Positions 31,790-41,540 of a stretch of 57,731 nucleotides of DNA are shown piece by piece. A model generated the notes under the pieces. The model searched no databases. It was not told the DNA's origin and saw only the letters and a program-made list of their open reading frames with translations. Source of the DNA: Candidatus Omnitrophota bacterium. Lineage in GTDB: Bacteria; Omnitrophota; Gorgyraeia; Zapsychrales; Fredricksoniimonadaceae. Location of the stretch: contig CAIUQE010000009.1 of NCBI GenBank assembly GCA_903901225.1, forward strand, positions 1 through 57,731, given 5' to 3'. A program made the translations under genes and the position numbers. How positions within the stretch are numbered: the first letter of the stretch is position 1; the number at the start of each line of letters is the position of its first letter.

Positions 31790-33010
31790 TCAGTGACAGC
31801 CGCAGCCGCAACCGCCCGCCGGTTTTTTCTTGTCATTCAGCGCCGTGATCCCGGGAAGTTCTTTTCCCTCGAGATATTCGAGCGACGCCCCGCCCCCCGT
31901 TGAAATATGCGTCATTTTATCATCCAGCCCGAACTTCAGCACCGCGGCCGCGGAATCCCCACCGCCAATGATCGTCTGGACACCCTTGTCTTTCAGCGCG
32001 GCCAGATGAAGGGCAATATCTTTCGTCCCCTGGATGAAAGCCTCGCGCTCGAACACGCCGAGCGGGCCGTTCCACACCACGGTCCTGGCTTTTGAAAGGA
32101 TGGCCTTGAACGCTTCCCGCGTCTTGGGGCCGATGTCCAGCGACATGAACCCGTCGGGAATAGTATCGGAAATTTTCGCGTCATTGGAATCAAAGTTCGG
32201 GACGATCACGAAATCACGGGTCAATTCGATATGAACGCCGGCGGCCTTAGCTTTCTCCAGCAGGGCTTTGGCGAGGTCGACCTTGTCTTTCTCAAGCTTG
32301 GAATCCCCGATGCCGATCCCCTGCGCCTTCAGGAAAGTGTACGCCATGCCGCCCCCGATCAGGATCGAGTTGGCTTTTTTCAAAAGGTTCTCAATGAGCA
32401 GAATCTTGTCCGACACCTTGGCCCCGCCGAGGATAACAACGAACGGGCGTTCGGGATTGTTGACGGCCTTGCCGAGATATTGCAATTCTTTCTCGATCAG
32501 GAAACCGCTGACCGCGGGCAGGTACGCCGCCACACCCGCCGTCGAAGCATGCGCGCGATGCGCGGTGCCGAAAGCGTCATTGACATAGATATCGGCCAAA
32601 GACGCCAACTCTTTCGCGAAAGCCGGGTCGTTCTTTTCCTCAGCCTTGTGGAAACGCAGGTTCTCCAGAAGCACCAGCTTTTCGGGAGCCGCCGCCAGGT
32701 CCTTCCTGACGCCGTCACCGACGCAATCACTCAAAAGTTTCACGGGCTGCCCGACCAGCTCCGCCAGGCGCGCGGCCGCGGGAGCGAGCGAGAATTCCTG
32801 CTCGAACCCCTTGCCGGCAGGACGGCCCAGGTGGCTCATCAGGATGACCCTGGCAGCGCCATGGTCCAGCGCGTACTTAATGGTAGGCACAGCGGCGCGG
32901 ATACGGATATCATCCGTGATCTTGCCGGCTTCGAGCGGAACATTGAAATCAACGCGGATAATGACCTTTTTGCCCTTAAGGTCAACGTCGCGGATGGTCA
33001 TTTTGTTCAT
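31790..33010 (-). CDS. pgk: Phosphoglycerate kinase
   Basis: [44 protein letters not shown]. Confidence 0.98.
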   Translation of the reverse strand: MNKMTIRDVDLKGKKVIIRVDFNVPLEAGKITDDIRIRAAVPTIKYALDHGAARVILMSHLGRPAGKGFEQEFSLAPAAARLAELVGQPVKLLSDCVGDGVRKDLAAAPEKLVLLENLRFHKAEEKNDPAFAKELASLADIYVNDAFGTAHRAHASTAGVAAYLPAVSGFLIEKELQYLGKAVNNPERPFVVILGGAKVSDKILLIENLLKKANSILIGGGMAYTFLKAQGIGIGDSKLEKDKVDLAKALLEKAKAAGVHIELTRDFVIVPNFDSNDAKISDTIPDGFMSLDIGPKTREAFKAILSKARTVVWNGPLGVFEREAFIQGTKDIALHLAALKDKGVQTIIGGGDSAAAVLKFGLDDKMTHISTGGGASLEYLEGKELPGITALNDKKKPAGGCGCGCH

Positions 33011-33075
33011 GGCATCTCCTTCGTTTAGGATAAACTCTACCTGAGCGTTCAATTATATAGGGAGAAACAGGTTTG

Positions 33076-34347
33076 TCAAACGCTGACCTTCTCCTTCTCC
33101 AATATCAGGACACCCGACACAAGGATGCCCATCATGAACCACAACAGCTTGCTCAACTGGACGGAATAAAGGGTCGTGTCAAAACCGCTTTCGACCAGCA
33201 AGCCTATCCATCCCACAAAAAGCCCCGTCAAAAGGACAGCGGTCAGGTCCTCCTTTGTGCCCGCGTGGCACCTGCCGAAGAACCGCCCGACGCTCCACAA
33301 CAACCACAGAAAAACGGCAACGCCGCTGATCCCGATCTCGGACGCCATCTGCAAATAACAATTATGCGGATACGCCTGCCAGATCTGGGAATACCTTTTG
33401 ATCACGACAGTATATGTGTTAAGGCCCGTCCCGAAAGGATGGTCCTTGATGATCTGGACCGCATTCCCCCAATAGGTCAGACGGCCTGACCCGTTGAATG
33501 TCATATCCTCGAGAACGCGCCAGGCTTTCGCGTCCCTTGGAACGAGGGAAATATGCCGCGCGGAAACCATGAGCGGCAAGAAGATCAACCCGAAAAAGAT
33601 CACCCCCGTGATACACACCAGCATGTATTGCCGGCGCATCAAAATAAATGCCAGCAAAGCAACAAAGAAACCCAGCCACGCGCTCCTGGAATACGTCAAC
33701 CCCAGCGTCGAACACAACATCATGAACACCAGCGTGGCCATCGCCTTGACATGGCCATGTTTAAGCTGCAATGGCACCGTCTTCGTTGTCCAAGCCCAGA
33801 GCGTGAACGCCAGGGCGACCGAAACCGCGGGGATCAAATACGCCCCAAGATCATTGGGATGGCGCATGGCCGCGCCGACACGGTCACCGACGAGCAACCT
33901 CATATTAAAAAAATCATACCCCTGCCATAACTGCCAGAAACCATCACCGGCAAGAACGACCGCGGAAACGAAGAAGCACCCGAAAATACCAGCCAACCTT
34001 TTACGGGTAACCACAATGGAAGGGACAAGGAGAAAAAGAAGGACGGCAAGAAAGGATTTTCCGACAAAAGCCCGCATGCTCAGCTGCGGCGCCTCACTAT
34101 AAAGAATGGAGATCGCGCAGACGGCCAAAAAAGCCAGGGCAGGAACAAGCACACTCAACGGCACCAATGTGCCGCAGGCAACGCCGCGGCGACTTGCAAT
34201 GACTTTCCTGACAAGGAAAAAAAAACAGGCCAAAGAAGCGAAAAACTCGACACCCGCGATCGTCACCGGCAGGACAAGGATGAACCCGCATAAACACAGG
34301 AAACTCGCGCGATCAAGCCAGGCCATCATGGCAGGTTGCCCCATCAA
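33076..34347 (-). CDS. O-antigen ligase (WaaL/Wzy_C) family protein
   Basis: HPNDLG, TYSRSAW, SGRLTYW, PFGTG, YPHNCYLQ..E.G; about 12 TM segments. Confidence 0.88.
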   Translation of the reverse strand: MMGQPAMMAWLDRASFLCLCGFILVLPVTIAGVEFFASLACFFFLVRKVIASRRGVACGTLVPLSVLVPALAFLAVCAISILYSEAPQLSMRAFVGKSFLAVLLFLLVPSIVVTRKRLAGIFGCFFVSAVVLAGDGFWQLWQGYDFFNMRLLVGDRVGAAMRHPNDLGAYLIPAVSVALAFTLWAWTTKTVPLQLKHGHVKAMATLVFMMLCSTLGLTYSRSAWLGFFVALLAFILMRRQYMLVCITGVIFFGLIFLPLMVSARHISLVPRDAKAWRVLEDMTFNGSGRLTYWGNAVQIIKDHPFGTGLNTYTVVIKRYSQIWQAYPHNCYLQMASEIGISGVAVFLWLLWSVGRFFGRCHAGTKEDLTAVLLTGLFVGWIGLLVESGFDTTLYSVQLSKLLWFMMGILVSGVLILEKEKVSV

Positions 34348-35762
34348 TACGCCCCCTCACCTTTAAAGACCACGGGGATCGTCTCGAACAATATCTCCAA
34401 ATCGAGCGTGAACGACCAGTTGTTGACATACCAGGTATCCCACTTGATCAACTTATGGAATGGCAGGTCGCTCCTGCCCCGGACCTGCCAAAGCCCGGTA
34501 ATGCCGGGACGAACCTCAAGGCGCTTGAGCTGTTTCAGGTCCTCAGTCTCAACCTGGGCGATCGGGAGCGGGCGCGGGCCAACCAGGCTCATATCACCCG
34601 CGAGGACATTAAGGATCTGGGGCAATTCATCAATGCTGTACTTGCGCAGGAATCTCCCGAGAGTAGTGATGCGAGGATCCTGGCGGATCTTGAAAATAGG
34701 ACCGTCAACCTCATTCCTGTGCTTTAACTCTTCCAGTTTTTTATCAGCGTCCGCGACCATGCTCCTGAACTTCCACATATTGAACACCCGCCCACCCAGG
34801 CCATAGCGTTTTGAAAAATAAAACACAGGCCCCTGCCCCTCACCCTTGATCAGGACCATGAACAGCAGAAAAAGCGGCGACAGGACGACAATCCCGGTCA
34901 GAGAAACAATGATATCGAAGAACCTTTTGCCGAACTGCTGGCGATTGTGGCCGATGTCGCAATACTCCAGCACCGGGACATAACCGATGTTGTATTTAAA
35001 AAGTTCGCTCGTGGCCTGGTCAAAGGCCTGGGGCACCACGCGCAAGGATACCTTATGCTGTTTGGCGACATCAAGCATATCGTGAAAAACCCTGCCGCCT
35101 GGATGCACCGTGATAAAGATCCTGGTGATGAACTTCCGCCGGATCACGTCATCAAGATCTCCCAGCTTACCCAGAACCTCATAACGCCCGCCAAGGTCTG
35201 CCGTGGTCTTTTTATCATCCATGAACCCGGCGATCTTGAAGCCCAGGCCCGGACGCCGCTTGATCTCCGCGGCCAGCATCATCCCCACCTTGCCGGCGCC
35301 TATGATGACCACATTGAAATTGTTATACCCGTTGGCCGCGAGAAAATCAACGAACCAGCGCTTGACGATACGCCAGAGAGAAAGTGTCACCGTGGTAATA
35401 ACAAGGATGAGCAAAAACACGGAACGCGGAAAATCCTGGACCTTCACGGTGTATACGAACGCAAGGACGGTGACCGCGGCAAAAAAAACCGACTTCACCA
35501 ACTGGGCCAGCTCATGACGCTCCACAAGTTCGCGATGGGTCTCATAAAGCTTATTGAGCCCGTTAAAAAAAAGTATTGCAACCACCCAGGCCAGGAAAAC
35601 GACATAGAAAGGGTTCTGCGTGTCAAGGAAAAGCGTGTGCAGGTCCAGCGGGAACGCGGCCTGGCGAAGCCAGCATGCCAGGAAGATAGCCGTGATGATG
35701 CCGCAAACATCAATAAGAACGTAGACAACACGGATAAAAATGAATAAAACCCTGCCGATCAT
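34344..35762 (-). CDS. Undecaprenyl-phosphate sugar phosphotransferase (WcaJ/WbaP-like priming transferase)
   Basis: KRFFDII, KFRSM, DPRIT..G.FLRKYSIDELPQ, GDMSLVGPRP, PGITGLWQV; start at 35762. Confidence 0.93.
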   Translation of the reverse strand: MIGRVLFIFIRVVYVLIDVCGIITAIFLACWLRQAAFPLDLHTLFLDTQNPFYVVFLAWVVAILFFNGLNKLYETHRELVERHELAQLVKSVFFAAVTVLAFVYTVKVQDFPRSVFLLILVITTVTLSLWRIVKRWFVDFLAANGYNNFNVVIIGAGKVGMMLAAEIKRRPGLGFKIAGFMDDKKTTADLGGRYEVLGKLGDLDDVIRRKFITRIFITVHPGGRVFHDMLDVAKQHKVSLRVVPQAFDQATSELFKYNIGYVPVLEYCDIGHNRQQFGKRFFDIIVSLTGIVVLSPLFLLFMVLIKGEGQGPVFYFSKRYGLGGRVFNMWKFRSMVADADKKLEELKHRNEVDGPIFKIRQDPRITTLGRFLRKYSIDELPQILNVLAGDMSLVGPRPLPIAQVETEDLKQLKRLEVRPGITGLWQVRGRSDLPFHKLIKWDTWYVNNWSFTLDLEILFETIPVVFKGEGAY

Positions 35763-36520
35763 ACGCTTTTCCTGATCCCTTGTTTCAATAGAAGCCCGAC
35801 GAAACGCGCGTTGCCGATCAAATACCTGCGCCAGAGCCGTCGCGGTTCGCAGCACAACCGGAACAGCCACTCCAGGCCGCAACGCTGGACCCAGCGCGGC
35901 GCCTGGGCCTTCACCCCTGACAAAAAATCGAACGCCGCGCCGATCCCGATGAGGACGGGAGCGTCGAGCGCCCTACGGTTCAGGTCACACCAGAAATCTT
36001 GTTTCGGGGCGCCCAGCGCAACCCAGATGATATCAGCCCCTGCCGCGTTGATGCGCCTGATCTCATCGGCGGGAATGCGTCCCGCTTTCGGCATGAATGG
36101 CGGCGACATCTTCCCGGCAACATTCAAACCCGGGAATTTCGCCTTCAAACGGGCTTCTAATTTATCACAGATCGCGGGCGTCGCGCCATAAAAAAAATGT
36201 TTCCAGCCCCGCGAACGCCCATGATCGCACAGCCGCTGCATGAGATCGGGGCCGTAGGTCCGCGCCACGGCGCTGTGGCCCGCGCGGCGCCCAAGCCAGG
36301 CGATCGGGACCCCATCGGGCGTTACCAGGTCCGCGGCATTGATGACACTGCGGTAAGCGGGGTCATCCTGGCAGTCCATGACGGTCGCCACCGGCGCCAC
36401 GCAAACATACCCCCTGTCGCGTCGATCCACCATATCCGCGATCACATCCTCCGCCTTTGCCAGGTTCAAGGCCGATATGTTCACCCCCAGGACATCGTAG
36501 GTAGCAACGCGCGCGGCCAT
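35759..36520 (-). CDS. WecB/TagA/CpsF family glycosyltransferase (GT26)
   Basis: PDGVP, GPDLM, VALGAPKQD, GIGAAFDF, APRWVQ..GLEWLFRL..EPRRL. Confidence 0.93.
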   Translation of the reverse strand: MAARVATYDVLGVNISALNLAKAEDVIADMVDRRDRGYVCVAPVATVMDCQDDPAYRSVINAADLVTPDGVPIAWLGRRAGHSAVARTYGPDLMQRLCDHGRSRGWKHFFYGATPAICDKLEARLKAKFPGLNVAGKMSPPFMPKAGRIPADEIRRINAAGADIIWVALGAPKQDFWCDLNRRALDAPVLIGIGAAFDFLSGVKAQAPRWVQRCGLEWLFRLCCEPRRLWRRYLIGNARFVGLLLKQGIRKSV

Positions 36521-37225
36521 TCAATCCCCCACCGCGAAACGCAAGATGGTGCCAATAGCCTTAAGCCCGTCGAACCATGTGATCTTCTTCCCTTGCGCGT
36601 AGGTACGGCCGTTATAACTGATCCCCACCTCGTAAACACGGCAGCCGCGGCGGGCCACTTTCGCCGTGATCTCCGGCTCAAACCCGAACCGGTCAGAGGA
36701 CAACGGGATCCCTTTCAGGACATCCGCGCGGAACGCCTTGAACCCCGTTTCCATGTCGGTCAGGTTGATATTCGTCAGCATATTGCTGAGCATCGTCAGG
36801 AAACAATTGCCCACATAATGCCAGAAATAAAGCACCCGTTTTGCCTGCTGGCCGGAGAAGCGCGACCCAAAGACCACATCCGCCCGGCCGGCGATGATCG
36901 GCTCCAGCATCAGCGCGTATTCTGACGGGTCATACTCAAGGTCCGCGTCCTGGATGATGACCGCGTCCCCCGTAAGCTTCGCGACGGCGGAACGAATGGC
37001 CGCGCCTTTGCCGCGGTTGACCGGATGCGAAACGGGGACAATCTCACCGGAAAACTCCAGCGCCAGCGCGGACAATATCCGCGCGGTTGTATCGGTAGAT
37101 CCATCATCCACCACAATGACCTCGCGCGCCGCGACACCCGCCACAGGCTGGCGCAACACCCGGCGGACCACGGCCTCCACGGTCCTGGCTTCATTGAACG
37201 CGGGAATGATAATGGATAATTTCAT
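36521..37225 (-). CDS. GT2 glycosyltransferase (polyprenol-phosphate sugar synthase-like)
   Basis: IIPAFNE, VDDGSTD, QDADLEYDP, DMETGFKAFR, FGFEPE, GKKITW.DG. Confidence 0.9.
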   Translation of the reverse strand: MKLSIIIPAFNEARTVEAVVRRVLRQPVAGVAAREVIVVDDGSTDTTARILSALALEFSGEIVPVSHPVNRGKGAAIRSAVAKLTGDAVIIQDADLEYDPSEYALMLEPIIAGRADVVFGSRFSGQQAKRVLYFWHYVGNCFLTMLSNMLTNINLTDMETGFKAFRADVLKGIPLSSDRFGFEPEITAKVARRGCRVYEVGISYNGRTYAQGKKITWFDGLKAIGTILRFAVGD

Positions 37226-38664
37226 CGCGACGACACCTGTTGGCGCTCGTAGACCTGCCAGTATTTCCCGTAGAAGGCAGGGCGCCAGCCTTTTAGATCA
37301 TCCGCAGGAAATCCGCCGAACCGGGAGGAATACACAAAAAACTCAGCGGAACTGTTCGACCTGGAAAATCCTCCGTTATGAAAATAATCCATGTTCAACC
37401 CCCAACGACGATTGACATGGGAAGGTATGGCCACCGAAGGCTCCGGGGCGTTCGAGAATACGCGCCCCTGGCGCGACGCTTCCTGAAAATCCGGATGAAG
37501 GCTGGACCAGACAAGAAGATTCTGCGTATCCAGATGGTAGATCATCTCGCGCGTCGTCGCGTAACCGGCCACGGCGATATTGACAACCAGCGCCATCACC
37601 ATGACCCGCCCTGCCGCGGCGGACGCGCATTGTTCCAGGGCGCGCGCCGACACTATCGCGATGAGGAACGCGAAGATCACACCCAGAGGTGTCGCGAGAT
37701 ACACGACCGCGGACCACGGCAAAAGGAGACCCAGGAAGAAAATGTAATACGATCCGCCAAAAAGGATCCCCCACTGTTCACGCAGCTGAAAACCACCCGG
37801 GAAGGACCTGCGTCCCAGAAGAAAGACCGCCATGATCCATGGCGCGTGATTCAAAAGGTCTTTTTTGAACCATTGCAGAAGATTACCCGCGAGCTTCGCC
37901 TTGTCCGTGAAGGAATAGGCCGCCGTGTAAGGAGCGGTCACGCAAACCTTCAGGAACACGCCGTAAAACAGCGAAAGGATGACCAGGGACCCGCCGGCCA
38001 ACAGGAGGCTCAGGCGATCAACCTCTTTCACCCGCGGGGACAACAGCATCATTCCGATACCGAGCGCGAAACCGAACGCAATGAACGGCTCCTTGCAGCC
38101 CAAGGCGAGGAAGTACGCCAGGATCCCGCACCCGAAATAGCCCCAGCCGATCCCCGACCCGCCTGAAAAGATGGCGTGGAGGCTGCGGTGCACCAGCAGC
38201 AGGGCCACCCCGGTAAAAAACACCCCCAGGATCTCCTGGGTGGACAGAAAGAAAAAAGCATCATAAAGATAATGGAACGACATCGCGACCGCGATCGTCA
38301 AAAAAATGGTCCAGCGTTTACCCGTCAGCTGGAAGGCGGCCAAAGCCCAGACCAGGACCGCGGCGGCAACCTCAACAAAACGAAAAAGATGGAAAAGCCC
38401 CGGCGAGTTTTCGAAGATCTTGTATGTCAAGGCGGCGTGGAATGTGGCCACAGGGCGCATCGCCCCGTTCCCCAGTATCTGCCTGAAATATGTCCACCAT
38501 TTTCCCATGATCCCGCCAGGAATGCCCAGGATCGAATGGTCGTCCATAAGCCCCCACGACCAAGTCTGTGTCAGGAGAGAAACCAGGACAACAAGAAAAG
38601 GGGCCGCTGCCGCAAGGGCAAAACCCCACACCAGCAAAGGCTGTCGTTGTTCTTCATGGGTCAT
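37222..38664 (-). CDS. Polytopic membrane protein, possible GT-C glycosyltransferase
   Basis: GGAGG RBS before MTHEE (38664); many TM segments; GLMDD loop, RP motif, KE motif in a TM helix. Confidence 0.65.
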   Translation of the reverse strand: MTHEEQRQPLLVWGFALAAAAPFLVVLVSLLTQTWSWGLMDDHSILGIPGGIMGKWWTYFRQILGNGAMRPVATFHAALTYKIFENSPGLFHLFRFVEVAAAVLVWALAAFQLTGKRWTIFLTIAVAMSFHYLYDAFFFLSTQEILGVFFTGVALLLVHRSLHAIFSGGSGIGWGYFGCGILAYFLALGCKEPFIAFGFALGIGMMLLSPRVKEVDRLSLLLAGGSLVILSLFYGVFLKVCVTAPYTAAYSFTDKAKLAGNLLQWFKKDLLNHAPWIMAVFLLGRRSFPGGFQLREQWGILFGGSYYIFFLGLLLPWSAVVYLATPLGVIFAFLIAIVSARALEQCASAAAGRVMVMALVVNIAVAGYATTREMIYHLDTQNLLVWSSLHPDFQEASRQGRVFSNAPEPSVAIPSHVNRRWGLNMDYFHNGGFSRSNSSAEFFVYSSRFGGFPADDLKGWRPAFYGKYWQVYERQQVSSR

Positions 38665-38698
38665 CGGACACCTCCCGGTAAAGCCCGTAACGGGCGTA

Positions 38699-39796
38699 TC
38701 ATATTTTCTCAAAAACACGCGCCATGGCGGCGCCGTATCTCTCGGCCGTGTAGGCCTGTTCAAAACGCCGGCGGCTGCACGCCGCCATGCGGGAACGCGA
38801 TCCGGCATCCGCCAGTAAACGTAACACCAGCGACGCGCAGGCGCCAGCGTCACCTTTGTCGAACAAAAACCCGTTTTCCCCCTCCGCCACGATCTCAGGG
38901 ATGGTCCCCTCGCGCGAGGCGACAATGGGAAGCCCCTCAGCCATGGCATGCAGCAGGACAAGCCCCGAAGCATCACGCAGCGTCGGGAAGATGAACACGT
39001 CCGCCTCACGGAACATCCGTGTCCGCGTTGGAACATCCTCGATATGCCCCAAATGGACGATCCTGCCCGGGAAATCCTTCCGCAGCTCCGCGAACGCCTG
39101 TCCGACGGCATCGCTTGCAATGCCACCGCCGAACGTGAAACGGCAGAAAGGATCCGCCCGCAAGACCTGGCGGGCCGCGTCGAATGCCACGAAGATGCCC
39201 TTGGGCACGCTCATGAAAGAGAAAAAAAGAACGTTCAGCCCGGGCCCGCGCGCCGCGTCCACACGGACCTCTCGCGTATCCTCGACCGCGATACCGGCGG
39301 CAAAAAGTTTCTCGGAGGGCATGAGCCCGGCATACGCGGACTTGACCGCCTCGCCCACCAGGATGCTCGCCGCCGTGCGCCTGAGTTGCCAGCGCAACAA
39401 CGCTGCCTGCCAGCGAGGGAGCCTGTCGTGCAATTCCCGCGCGTACTGCCCCATGTCATGCATCACGACCTTGCGGCCCAGAACGATCCCCGTCACGCAA
39501 AAAAGAAGGTCTTTCAAGAACGGCATCGGATAGAAACTGGCATTGTAAAGGACGTACTGGGGACGGAACGTCACTATGTCCCCTATGAATTGCCCGTAAT
39601 ATTTCAACATTTTGAGGAGCTTGTTCCCGGTCACTTTCTGGTTCGTCTGATAGGACCAGAAATTCATGTTAAGGAACCTGATGTCAAAATCCTTTGGAAA
39701 AGAGGACGCCATCAGCATCTCATACATCTTGCTGTGGCCGAACGTCGGCGGCGGGAGGACGCCGCAAATGAGGATCTTTTTCCGCGGCGGTCTCAT
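38699..39796 (-). CDS. GT4 glycosyltransferase
   Basis: FIFPT..DASGLVLLHAMAEGLPIVASREGTIPEIV. Confidence 0.9.
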   Translation of the reverse strand: MRPPRKKILICGVLPPPTFGHSKMYEMLMASSFPKDFDIRFLNMNFWSYQTNQKVTGNKLLKMLKYYGQFIGDIVTFRPQYVLYNASFYPMPFLKDLLFCVTGIVLGRKVVMHDMGQYARELHDRLPRWQAALLRWQLRRTAASILVGEAVKSAYAGLMPSEKLFAAGIAVEDTREVRVDAARGPGLNVLFFSFMSVPKGIFVAFDAARQVLRADPFCRFTFGGGIASDAVGQAFAELRKDFPGRIVHLGHIEDVPTRTRMFREADVFIFPTLRDASGLVLLHAMAEGLPIVASREGTIPEIVAEGENGFLFDKGDAGACASLVLRLLADAGSRSRMAACSRRRFEQAYTAERYGAAMARVFEKI

Positions 39797-40518
39797 GTTT
39801 TTTCGAATTTCTTCATCAGGAGCGTCGCGTTATAAAGCGACTCGAAGGAGCCCGCGTCCGTCCACGCCCCCTTGAGGATGGAATAGGACAGCTGGCCTTC
39901 ACGGACATAATGCGCGAGAACATCCGTCACCTCATATTCCCCGCGAGGGCTTTTTTTCAGGTTCTTCAACAAGCTGAAAACATCAGGCTGGAACATCCAT
40001 AACCCCGTGTTGACATAACAGGATTGCGGATCTTTGGGTTTTTCAACGATGCTGATGATGCGCCCCTTATCAAAAGTGACCACACCGTATTTCTGAGGGT
40101 CCTTCACTTTCGCGACCAGGATCTTGGCCTTGAAACGGTCCTGGTTGCGCTTGAAATCCTCGACGAACGCGTCCACGTTCTCGACTACGATATTGTCACC
40201 GAGCACGACCATGAAGGCGTCATCCCTGGCGAAAGGCTCGGCCAGGAGCAGGGCCGCGCCCGTCCCGCCGCTCCCTTCCTGGATCTCATAGCTGAAATGG
40301 GCCCCCCATTCCTTGCCCGACCCCAGAAGCCGGAAAAAATCCCCGACATGCTCCCCGCCGGTGACAATGAGGATATCCTTGATACCCGCGTTGAGCAATG
40401 TCTCAAGGGGGTAATAGATCATCGGTTTTTTATAAACGGGCAAAAGGTGTTTGTTGGTCACCTTCGTCAGCGGCAAAAGCCGCGACCCGGTGCCTCCGGC
40501 CAGAAGTACGCCTCTCAT
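39793..40518 (-). CDS. rmlA: Glucose-1-phosphate thymidylyltransferase
   Basis: LLAGGTGSRLLPLT....KHLLPVY.KPMI, SPRGEYEVTD, WTDAGS. Confidence 0.88.
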   Translation of the reverse strand: MRGVLLAGGTGSRLLPLTKVTNKHLLPVYKKPMIYYPLETLLNAGIKDILIVTGGEHVGDFFRLLGSGKEWGAHFSYEIQEGSGGTGAALLLAEPFARDDAFMVVLGDNIVVENVDAFVEDFKRNQDRFKAKILVAKVKDPQKYGVVTFDKGRIISIVEKPKDPQSCYVNTGLWMFQPDVFSLLKNLKKSPRGEYEVTDVLAHYVREGQLSYSILKGAWTDAGSFESLYNATLLMKKFEKT

Positions 40519-41540
40519 GTTTTCCCCCCATCCCCCCAGAAACCTCGGGCGTAACGGGGGTCAAGTTTTTCCTTGAGCGGCCGCCACCAGGCTTCATTGG
40601 CCTGATACCAAGCCACTGTTTCACGCAAGCCGCGGGCCAGGTCATAACGCGGAGCCCATCCAAGCCCCGTCAATTTGGACGAATCCAGGCTGTAGCGCAG
40701 GTCGTGGCCGGGGCGGTCCTTCACAAACTTGATCCAGCTCTCATCCCTGCCGAGCGCCTCCAACAGATAGCCCGTGATCCGGATATTCTCACATTCCTGC
40801 CCGCCGCCAACATTATACACTTCACCGTTGACACCTTTATCGACGAGCAGGCGGATCGCCCGGCAATGATCGTCGACGTGCAGCCAGTCGCGTACTTGTC
40901 GCCCTTCACCGAACACCGGGACCTTGTGCCCATCAATAAGGTTGGTGATAAAAAGCGGGATCATTTTTTCAGGGTAGGCGTACGGGCCGTAATTGTTGGA
41001 CGCGCGCGTGATGACAAGGGGCAACCCGTAGGTCTCGAAGAAACTGTACGCGAGGCGGTCGCCGCCCAGTTTGGAAGCGGCGTAGGGATTCCGGGGCTTA
41101 AGCTCATCCGTTTCCCGGAAGCTTCCCTCCATGATCTGGCCGTAAACCTCATCCGTCGATATCTGGATGAACCTCTTGAGGGAAGGATGCCGGCGCGCCT
41201 CCTGAAGAAGCGTGTAAACTCCGATGATGTCGGTCTTCAGGAAAGACTGCGGATCATCGATCGAACGGTCGACCGCGACCTCAGCCGCGAAATTCACGAC
41301 AACATCAACCCCCTCCATGGCCGCGCGGACAACAACCTCGTCACAAATATCCCCCTTGATGAATTCAAAGCCAGCGCGGCCTTCGACGTCCTTCAGGTTC
41401 GCGCGATTCCCGGAATAGGTCATTTTATCAAGGACACGGACCCTGACATGCCCCTCTTCATGGCTAAATAATAAACGGACAAAGTTGCTCCCGATGAAAC
41501 CCGCTCCGCCTGTGACCAGATACACTGTTGGTTGGCTCAT
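40515..41540 (-). CDS. rmlB: dTDP-glucose 4,6-dehydratase
   Basis: TGGAGFIGSN, STDEVYG, YAASK, NNYGP, DRPGHDLRY. Confidence 0.93.
   Translation of the reverse strand: MSQPTVYLVTGGAGFIGSNFVRLLFSHEEGHVRVRVLDKMTYSGNRANLKDVEGRAGFEFIKGDICDEVVVRAAMEGVDVVVNFAAEVAVDRSIDDPQSFLKTDIIGVYTLLQEARRHPSLKRFIQISTDEVYGQIMEGSFRETDELKPRNPYAASKLGGDRLAYSFFETYGLPLVITRASNNYGPYAYPEKMIPLFITNLIDGHKVPVFGEGRQVRDWLHVDDHCRAIRLLVDKGVNGEVYNVGGGQECENIRITGYLLEALGRDESWIKFVKDRPGHDLRYSLDSSKLTGLGWAPRYDLARGLRETVAWYQANEAWWRPLKEKLDPRYARGFWGDGGKT

Noticed and set aside
37222-39126. Long N-terminal extensions in the ORF track (here 634 aa; also pheA, cmk, hisC, the sugar transferase, the SDR and oppD/F)
   Set aside because: They overlap upstream genes in another frame; RBS and homology support the shorter starts given.
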